NCBI GenBank assembly: GCA_951406725.2
Contig: OX597824.1
Coordinates: forward strand, 33,976,001-34,040,000
Direction of reading: 5' to 3'
Source of the DNA: Octopus vulgaris
Taxonomy: Eukaryota
Length of the DNA: 64,000 bases
Shown one piece after another: positions 53,401 through 64,000 of this stretch; the first letter of the stretch is position 1, and every line of letters begins with the position of its first letter. Below the pieces are notes generated by a model, which worked only from the letters and a program-made list of their open reading frames with translations, was not told the origin of the DNA and did not search any database. A program made the translations under genes and the position numbers.

Positions 53401-53669
53401 TTCAAAATATTTCCTTTTTTCAAAATAAAGGAAAAAAAGAAACAGCTACGAAAAGCAAAAGAAGAATAATTTATAAGAGTGGTAAAACTTCAAGTAAACC
53501 AGATATAGCCAACTCCAGTTCTAAAACAAGTCACCCATCACGGATTACCCCATAACATATGTGCTTCAAAAGCTGTAAACAGCGAAAGCGCCTACACACA
53601 ATACGGAAACTTCCTTCCAAAAGGTGCGTGTCATTCTATTTTTTTTTTTTAAGATTTTGTTTATATCTA

Positions 53670-53970
53670 TATATATAGAGTATGTGTCTGTATGTATACA
53701 TATATATATATATGAATGTATGTATTTACATTTATATGATTTATACATGCTGTATACATACATATGTAAATATGTATATAAATATATATGTATATATATA
53801 TATGTATATACATATATGTGTATATGCATATATATATGTGTATGTATATACATATATGTGTATATGTATATATATATATATGTGTATATGTATATATATA
53901 TGTATATATATATATACATACTGTGTATATATATCTCTATATATGTAGCACATACATACATACTGTAAAC

Positions 53971-54007
<37 letters not shown>

Positions 54008-54388
54008 TACTGTATATACATATACTAAATATATATCCATATTATATATTCATATACACATACATATATATATTCATATATACACACACACAAACATATA
54101 TATGTGTGTATAATATATATATATATATTCATATGTATATATATATATATTCATATGTATATATATATATATTCATATGTATATATATATATATATTCAT
54201 ATGTATATATATATATATTCATATGTATATATATATATATATATATTCATATGTATATATACATATGTATATATATATATATATATTCATATGTATATAT
54301 ACATATGTATATATATATATATATATTCATATATATATATACATATATATATATATATTCATATGTATATATACATATATATATATTC

Positions 54389-54448
<60 letters not shown>

Positions 54449-54450
54449 TC

Positions 54451-54514
<64 letters not shown>

Positions 54515-54865
54515 TCATATGTATATATATATATATATATATTCATATGTATATATATATATATTCATATGTATATATATATATATATGCATATGTATAT
54601 ATATATATTCATATGTATATATATGTATATATATATATATGCATATGTATATATATATGCATATGTATATATATATATGCATATGTATATATATATATGC
54701 ATATGTATATATATATATGCATATGTATATATATATATGCATATGTATATATATATGTATATATATATATATATGCATATGTATATATATATGCATATGT
54801 ATATATATATGTATATATATATATATATGCATATGTATATATATACATATATATATATACACACA
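53670..54865. repeat. (TA)n-based compound microsatellite
   Basis: TA runs punctuated by ttcatatg/gcatatg units. Confidence 0.95.
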
Positions 54866-55803
54866 CGTTGCTCTTTTACTTGTTTCAGTCATTTGACTGT
54901 GGCCATGCTGGAGCACAACCTTTAGTCAAGCAAATCGACTCCAGTACTTATTCTTTGTAAGCCTAGTACTTATTCTATCGGTCTCTTTAGCTGAACTGCT
55001 ATGTTAGTTACAGGGGACATAAACACACCAGCATCGGTTGTAAAGCGATGTTGGGGGGCAAACACAGACACACAAAGATATACTGACACACATACATATA
55101 CACACACACACACACACACACATAAATATATATATACATATATACGACGGCTTCTTTCAGTTTGTGTCTACCAAATCCACTCACAAAGCTTTGGTTAGCC
55201 CGAGGCTACAGTAGAATACACTTGCCCAAGGTGTTACTCAGTGGGACTGAAACCGGAACCATGTGGTTGGTAAGCAAGCTACTTACCACACAGCCACTCC
55301 TACGCCTATATATATATATATATGTTCATATATATTCATATATATATATATATATATTTATTTCATATATATATATATTCATATATATATATATATATTT
55401 CATATATATATATATATATTCATATATATATATAATATATACATATATCAAAATACAAATTCCATTGATGAACATCAATGGAATTTGTATCTTTGTGGTT
55501 CCAGTACCGGTGGCACACAAGAAAACCATCCGATCGTGGCCGTTCGCCAGCCACATCTGGCACCTGTGTCGGTGGCACATAAAGACACCATCCGAAGACC
55601 CGGCGACGTAGACAGTCCACCTGTGCATACCTTCCTTCTTGTGACACTTGTGAAGACCTGTTGAGGCAAGTGAAAATCAAATCAAATCAAATCAAAATAG
55701 ATGAACATAAATGGAATTTGTATCTTTGTGGTACCAGTGCCGGTGGCACACAAGAAAATCATCCGAACGTGGCCGTAGCCAGTACCGCATAGACTGGCCT
55801 CCG

Positions 55804-56322
55804 TGCTTTGGGGACGTAACAAACACCATCCGATCGTGGCCGTCCGCCAGCCTCATCTGGCACCTGTGTCGGTGGCACATAAAAACACCATCCGAGCGTG
55901 GCCGTCTGCCAGCCTCGTCTGGCACCTGTGTCGGTGGCACATAAAAACACCATCCGAGCGTGGCCGTCTGCCAGCCTCGTCTGGCACCTGTGTCGGTGGC
56001 ACATAAAAACACCATCCGAGCGTGGCCGTCTGCCAGCCTCGTCTGGCACCTGTTGCTTTGGGGACGTAACAAACACCATCCGATCGTGGCCGTCCGCCAG
56101 CCTCATCTGGCACCTGTGTCGGTGGCACATAAAAACACCATCCGAGCGTGGCCGTCTGCCAGCCTCGTCTGGCACCTGTGTCGGTGGCACATAAAAACAC
56201 CATCCGAGCGTGGCCGTCTGCCAGCCTCGTCTGGCACCTGTGTCGGTGGCACATAAAAACACCATCCGAGCGTGGCCGTTCGCCAGCCTCGTCTGGCACC
56301 TGTGTCGGTGGCACATAAAATC
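55804..56322 (+). repeat. 62-bp tandem repeat with 250-bp higher-order duplication in RTE 3' UTR
   Basis: Unit caccatccgagcgtggccgtctgccagcctcgtctggcacctgtgtcggtggcacataaaaa; marker tgctttggggacgtaac at 55804 and 56054. Confidence 0.9.
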
Positions 56323-56807
56323 ACCCACTACACTCTCGGAGTGGTTGGCGTTAGGAAGGGCATCCAGCTGTAGAAACACTGCCAGATCTGACTGGCCTGG
56401 TGCAGCCTTCGGGCTCCCCAGACCCCAGTTGAACCGTCCAACCCATGCTAGCATGGAAAACGGACGCTAAATGATGATGATGATGATGATGATGATATAT
56501 ATTCATATATATATATAATATATACATATATATATTCATATATATACTTATATATATACATATTATATTCATATATATATATATATATATATATACTTAT
56601 ATATACATATATATATACACACATATATACATATATATATACATATACACATATATACATACATACATATATGCATACATATATATATATATATATATAT
56701 GCATACATATATATATATATATATGAATATATATATATATCATCATCATCCTCGTTTAACGTCCATTAAACGAGGATGATGATGATGATGATGATGATAT
56801 ATATATA

Positions 56808-56845
<38 letters not shown>

Positions 56846-57319
56846 TGTATATATGAATATATATATATGAATGTATATATGAATGTATATATATGAATGT
56901 ATATATGAATGTATATATGAATGTATATATGAATGTATATATATGAATGTATATATATATAAATGAATGTATATATATATATAAATGAATATATTTATAT
57001 ATATATAAATGTATATATATATATGTATGATGATGATGATGATGATGATATATATATATATACATATATAGATAGATAGATAGATATATACTTGGTCATT
57101 CCAAGTATAGAGTTTGTACATAGTGTTATTGAATAGATGGTTTTAATTATAGTGACTTAAAAGTTGGGAATGTTTTTGTAAGATCAAATTGAAAACAGGA
57201 TGAGAGGAATAAAGAAAAGAAAAATGAAGAGAGGAAGAGTGCACTGGTTAGTGGTCAGTCATGATAAATTGATAGTAGGAATGGGGAGGTGGTGGTGATA
57301 GAGAGAGATAGATATAACC

Positions 57320-58290
57320 ATAGCAACCTATTCAATATAACCATGGGACCATCTGATTCAGCACAGGTCACTGACTTAGTTGGACTATATATACTTCACC
57401 AGCTCCATATACATTTCCCTAACATCAAGGAAGGCCTATACAGTGACTGCGCCTTACTAGTTACCAAAAGCATAAATGACTCCTCCTTAGAAAGAACTAG
57501 AAAGGATCTACATAAATTCTTCTCTAACCTAAACCTATCTATCACTTTTGAAAACGCTCACAAAACTGCTAACTTTCTTGACATAACTCTAAACTTACCA
57601 ACCTCCCAATACTCCCCTTACCACAAATTTAACTAATATCTTAAATACCTTAACATCCACTCCAATCACCACAAATCCATTTTTGATAACATGATCAAGG
57701 GCATTTCAACCTGCATATCCAACCACTCTTCCACTGAGGAAATTTTCAATAATCACACACCATATTACAATCAAGCACTCACTGCTAGCGGCTTTTCCCA
57801 ACAAATAGAATGCATCCAGGCTCAAACAACATGTATCTCAAACATGCACCAACCATCATAATCGCAACCAACCACACACACTTGTCGATGGAACCCTGGA
57901 AGGTCTTACACCTAGGCAACCTAGACCCCACACACATACATTTAACACTAGGTCAAAAACTAAAACAGCTAGCAACAACAGGCCTCACCACCCATATGCA
58001 TTCTCCAAAAATATAGATAGCACTCCTTTATCTAAAAACTTAGATAGCACTACTCCCAGACACCCTAAAAAAAGCGGCAGATACTCTATTCTGTGGTACA
58101 CCCCACCATTCTCACTTAACATTAAGAAATTGGCAAGTCCTTCTTTAAAATACTAGACTCTAACTTCCCTTGGCAACATAAATATCATTCTATCTTTAAT
58201 AGATCCACCCTGAAACTATCTTATTCTGCCCACCCAACTTTGAATCTATTGTAGCAGCCTCTAATACGCAAAAGCTTTCTCTTTACTATC
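57320..58290 (+). mobile_element. Penelope-like reverse transcriptase relic
   Basis: FNITMGPSDSAQVTDLVGLYIL..GLYSDCAL (decayed GLYRDDGL)..NFLDITL..SNH..ILWYTPPFS..IFNRSTLKLSYS; stops and frameshifts. Confidence 0.85.
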
Positions 58291-58400
58291 AAAACTCAGA
58301 TAATTACAACACTAGTCATATGAACACTCAACATACACACAGCTCCAGTACAGATACCCTTACATTAGACCACAACCACAACCCAACCCATCCTACTGAA

Positions 58401-58688
58401 ACTGTAGCTTGTAGCCCTAGGAGAATAAAAGTGTTTACATTTTTCGAGATCAGTGACTTTTTGTCACTGGAAAAAGGATATATGTATTTGCATTGGGACC
58501 CCTTTGCAATGAAAACCGATGATTGTCGTGTGCTGATGACAGGTAAATACTCAGAAACCCGGGTCCGTGTGTATCATGTAAGGTCGATGATGGGAAGGAT
58601 AGCTTCCCTTTGCAAATACTTATAGGGCACAGAAAGTGTGTCAATAGCCAGCTGGCGAAGATGTTCTCCTGGGGCTACAAGCTACAGT
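58401..58688. mobile_element. 288-bp element with 25-bp terminal inverted repeats containing a hammerhead-like motif
   Basis: actgtagcttgtagccctaggagaa / ttctcctggggctacaagctacagt (1 mismatch). Confidence 0.7.
58527..58571 (+). ncRNA. Minimal hammerhead-like motif
   Basis: cgugug CUGAUGA cagguaaauacuca GAAA CCCGGG UC cgugug. Palindromic stem III and GUC site; stems I/II imperfect. Confidence 0.5.
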
Positions 58689-58751
58689 AGCATCCACCCT
58701 TAGTGGTTAGCCACATTTAAGTGGCAAATATACTTCATATATATATACATA

Positions 58752-58796
<45 letters not shown>

Positions 58797-58809
58797 TATA
58801 TATATCAGA

Positions 58810-59805
<996 letters not shown>

Positions 59806-60446
59806 AATTTAGAGAAGTAGTAGTTGAATAATTTGACAAAAAAGATGTTGAGATAGAGACATAGCATAGGTACAGTTACAAGTTTTTGAGAAGCAACCTA
59901 CTGAAGGTTACAAACCAAATATGTGGCTGCTGCAAATTTCAAACCAAACTGAAAGCAATATGGCAGGGGAACAGTAAGGTAGACAGACACAAAAAAAAAA
60001 ACAAAGAAATAAATTTGAAAAGACCTGGTAGAATTAGGGTAAGAGAGAAATATATCAGCTGGCTAAAAGAGAAGTTAGGCAATAGGTTTACTATTCAAGG
60101 GGAGAAGCAAAATGTAAGACGTTTGCTAATGTTCTACTGCTTATCAATGAGAAGATATCAAGGTGTTTTGCATGAGAAATGTATAGAAATAGATAATCTC
60201 GTGGTTGCACTTAATGATTCTGAAAAAAAAGCGGCACTGAAGTACTGTTATAAAAGGCTGTTACATGTGGAGAATGCTTGGGAAAAAGACAGTCTTCCCA
60301 ATGTGGACTCAACATTGGGAAGACTGGCTTCAAGAATGATTGTGTGTGTGTATATATGTACATAAATGTCAAACAATGAAAATGAGTGTTCATTTTCCTA
60401 TATAAGTATGTATAAATATATATGTGTGTGTGTGTATATATATATA

Positions 60447-60480
<34 letters not shown>

Positions 60481-60716
60481 CACATATATGTGTTAGTGTG
60501 TGCGTATATATGTGTGTCTGTGTATATATATTTGAAAAAATGAGTAGAGATGGCTTTTTGAGGGGATAATTTTTATATTAATAATAATGTTTATCGTGGT
60601 TACTCTGATATGTGTTTCAAGCTTCAAGTAGCTGTTTTCAAACTGAAAGATGTATATTTTACTAGTTGCTTAAGTAGCAAAAATTTTAAATGGCAAAAGA
60701 TATATATAAAAAATGA

Positions 60717-62580
60717 CTACAGGATCAGGGCTAAGTGGATGCCTAGAAGACGACCAGCATTGCAAAGAAGGGTCTGGAAGCTTAAAGATCTTGCGAATGG
60801 ACAGAGATTTAGAGACATTTTACTCGAAGCCTTTAATGAAATAGAAGGGGATATAGCTTCACACGATGTAGAAGACAATTGGAGGTTTCTATGGGACAAC
60901 CTGCTGAGGGCCACTGACCAGATCTGTGGATGGTGCAAAGTCCCCTCTCGACCCAAAATAACGAGGTGGTGGAACAATGTTGTTGACAGGGCTATTAGAG
61001 AAAAGAAACAGGCTTGGAAGGACTGGAAGAACAGTGGTAGCAGGGAATTGTATCAGACTGCCTGAAGAGAAGCTAGGAGACAGGTTTATTTAGCCAGAGG
61101 GGAAGTAGATAAGAAAACATTTGCCAATGTTCTGCGCTGTGAAGACCAAAGACTTGAGGTATTTCGTGTTGCAAGACAGTGTGTGAGAGAGAATCGTGAT
61201 GTTGGAGAGAAATGTGTTCGCATGGATGATGGTTCTCTTGCCCTGAACTAGGCTGCAAAGAGAGAGGTTTGGAGATGCCACTATGAAAGGTTGCTCAATA
61301 AAGAAAATGAATGGGATAAAAAGAATCTGCTGAATGTCAACCCAACAGAGGGACCAGCTATCCAAGTTGACAGTACCTTGGTAGATAAAGCAATTAAAAG
61401 TATGAAGACAGGGAAAGCCTCCAGCCCATCTGGGATTATGGCAGTGATGCTCAAAATATTTGGCAGTGTCGGCTATTGCCTAGTCACCCATATAGTTAAC
61501 CAGATGATACACGAAGGAGTCATACTCAATGACTGGTGTAGCAGCACCATAGTCCACTGCTAAAGAGGTAAAGGTGATGCTTTAGATACAAATAATTGCA
61601 GAGGTATCAAGTTGTTGGATCAGGTAATGGAGGTCATGGAGAGGGCCATAGCCCAACTAATTAGGGAGAGAGTCAATTTAGATGAGATGCAGTTTGGGTT
61701 CATGCCAGGGAAAAGCACCACTGATGTTATATTTCTGGTAAGACAGCTGCAGGAGAAATACCTAGCCAAAGATAAAACCTCTGTACCTGGCTTTCATTGA
61801 CATGGAGAAAGCTTTTGACAGGATCCACCAATCCCTTATCTGGTGATCAATGAGGAAACTAGAGATAGATGAGTGATTAGTGAGAGCTGTGCTTGAGAAG
61901 ACTCGGCAAGCGCAAGTAAGACCATAATCTTGTGGCCTATGCCAGGGGTGTAACCAGTCCACTTATGTGTACCTTTCTTTCATTGGACACTAAACTCTGC
62001 TTGTGAAGACCTGTTGAGGCAAGTGAAATCGAAATCAAATTCGATGACTGGCATCCGTGCTAGTGGAGCGCTAAGAGTACCATATGAGTGAGATCGTTGC
62101 CAGTGCTACAAGCTGGCCTTCGTGCAAATGGTATGTAAAAATACACCATTTGAGTGTGATTGTTATCTGCGTCGCCCTACTGGCACTTGTGCTGGTGGCA
62201 TGTGAAAAAACATTCGAGCGAGGTCACTGCCAGGGCCGCTGAATGGCTCCTGTGCAGGTGGCACATAAAAAGCACCATTTGAGCAGGGGTGTCTATGTGT
62301 GTGTATAAATATAGATATATGTGTTTGGCACAATTCTTTCCAGGATCTTCAAGATGTATATAACTGCATACCTCTCCTGCCTGACTGGCCTTCATGCCAG
62401 TGGCACGTAAAAGCACACACTATACTCTCGGAGTGGTTGGCGTTAGGAAGGGCATCCAGTTGTAGAAACTCTGCCAGATCAGATTGGAGTCTGGTGCAGC
62501 TATCTGATTTGCCAGACTTTAGTCAAATCGTCCAACCCATGCTAGCATGGAAAGCAGACGTTAAACGATGATGATGATGA
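60717..62580 (+). mobile_element. RTE LINE fragment with internal deletion joined to its 3' UTR
   Basis: WWNNVVDRAIREKK, GKSTTDVIF, DMEKAFD, then a jump at ~61890 to the 3' UTR and (GAT)n tail; an older related fragment lies at 59880-60340. Confidence 0.88.
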
Positions 62581-62614
62581 CTCTATATATATATGTATAT
62601 GTATCATATACATA

Positions 62615-62653
<39 letters not shown>

Positions 62654-62683
62654 GCGAGAATGAAGCAACAAGAATGGATAGGT

Positions 62684-62774
62684 TTTTAGTACAATCGTTT
62701 CATACAAGGACAGGCTTTATTAAAAGTTGCAAAAATTACAGCATATAAACGTGTCCCGTACTCATCAGCTAAAA
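62684..62774 (-). ncRNA. Type-I hammerhead ribozyme (mirror copy)
   Basis: Reverse complement of 63363-63453. Confidence 0.85.
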
Positions 62775-63362
62775 TACATGTGAGTTCTCTAGACATCCTA
62801 GTGGTTGAGGCTATACTCATGAAGTAATGTAGATAATTAAGTAACATAAACAGATATCAAAAGTTCATTAAAGTTCTTTAAAGATGATGTACAGTCTTAT
62901 CACAGAATTTTAAAAAGTTTTAATAGCCTCACAGAGAAGGTGACCTAATCCATAGTGCACATATGAATTTCCAGAGATATGATGAGGGATTACATACTCA
63001 CAGAAGACAAATTTATCCATTGTTAATTACAACGAGGTGGGTTTCAATTCCTGCTTATTAGCATTACAGTAATGCTAATAAGCAGGAATTGAAACCCACC
63101 TCGTTGTAATTAACAATGGATAAATTTGTCTTCTGTGAGTATGTAATCCCTCATCATATCTCTGGAAATTCATATGTGCACTATGGATTAGGTCACCTTC
63201 TCTGTGAGGCTATTAAAACTTTTTTAAAATTCTGTGATAAGACTGTACATCATCTTTAAAGAACTTTAATGAACTTTTGATATCTGTTTATGTTACTTAA
63301 TTATCTACATTACTTCATGAGTATAGCCTCAACCACTAGGATGTCTAGAGAACTCACATGTA

Positions 63363-63453
63363 TTTTAGCTGATGAGTACGGGACACGTTTATATGCTGTA
63401 ATTTTTGCAACTTTTAATAAAGCCTGTCCTTGTATGAAACGATTGTACTAAAA
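63363..63453 (+). ncRNA. Type-I hammerhead ribozyme
   Basis: Perfect stem I UUUUAG/CUAAAA; CUGAUGA 63369-63375; long stem II GUACGGGACA/UGUCCUUGUAU; GAAA 63436-63439; stem III ACGAUUGU; GUA cleavage after 63447. Confidence 0.85.
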
Positions 63454-63599
63454 ACCTATCCATTCTTGTTGCTTCATTCTCGCTTATAATCACCCCACAT
63501 TACTGTATTGTTAAATCAGTATAGTTTTTTTTGGTGCATCTAAGTTAGGTACCATATTCAAGTAAATTCATTTAAATTAACTTGAATCTTTATTGCTTT

Positions 63600-63635
<36 letters not shown>

Positions 63636-63854
63636 GTATTACATATATGTGTACGTATTATATGTATGTATATGTATTATATATGCATGATGATGATGAT
63701 ATCATGGTTGTGTGGTAAGTAGCTTGCTTATCAACCACATGGTTCTGGGTTCAGTCCTACTGCATTGCACCTTGGGCAAGTGTTTTCTACTATAGCCTCG
63801 GGCCAACTAAAGCCTTGTGAGTGGATTTGGTAAACGGAAGAAGCCCATCGTATG

Positions 63855-63894
<40 letters not shown>

Positions 63895-64000
63895 CATACA
63901 GTGGGCTTCTTCCGTATACATATACATATATGTGTGTGTATGTTTGTGTGTCTATGTTTGTGACCCCATAATTGCTTGACAACCGATGCTGGTGTGTTAT

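Larger units (their letters stand above)
62654..63604. mobile_element. 830-bp near-perfect palindrome plus 120-nt tail in (TA)n (Penelope-like fold-back)
   Basis: 62654-63067 is the reverse complement of 63069-63483 (1-nt loop; one 1-nt indel seen); a hammerhead in each arm. Confidence 0.88.

Noticed and set aside
53566-54960. Long ORFs (up to 390 aa) rich in Y/I
   Set aside because: These are translations of (TA)n microsatellite; the same applies to 56.4-57.1 and 59.0-59.9 kb.
55804-56322. Regular GC-rich repeat array resembling CRISPR
   Set aside because: Units are contiguous with no unique spacers, there are no cas genes, and the array sits in a eukaryotic RTE 3' UTR.

Overview
AT-rich animal genomic DNA. 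The SINE/RTE repertoire and the (TA)n load suggest an octopus (inference). The one host gene is a + strand glycogen synthase: 14 coding exons from 12521 to 43475, all introns GT-AG and in phase, with the first coding exon not found in the window. The rest is transposon-derived: tRNA-SINEs, RTE and CR1 LINEs, Helitrons, mariner/pogo/hAT/Merlin relics, piggyBac-like MITEs and an orphan 5.8S rRNA copy. The most striking unannotated structure is a recurring set of fold-back insertions in (TA)n microsatellites, at about 4.3, 5.6, 7.5, 18.2-20.5, 47.9-52.0 and 62.7-63.6 kb. They share one layout: inverted arm, arm, unique tail. Four of the six carry type-I hammerhead ribozyme motifs, and one also carries a Penelope GIY-YIG remnant. 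That 2.1-kb copy sits in a glycogen synthase intron, giving a ~1-kb potential dsRNA plus a sense-strand hammerhead. A Helitron containing a Merlin transposase fragment lies in the preceding intron. All calls are by eye; no searches or folding were run.
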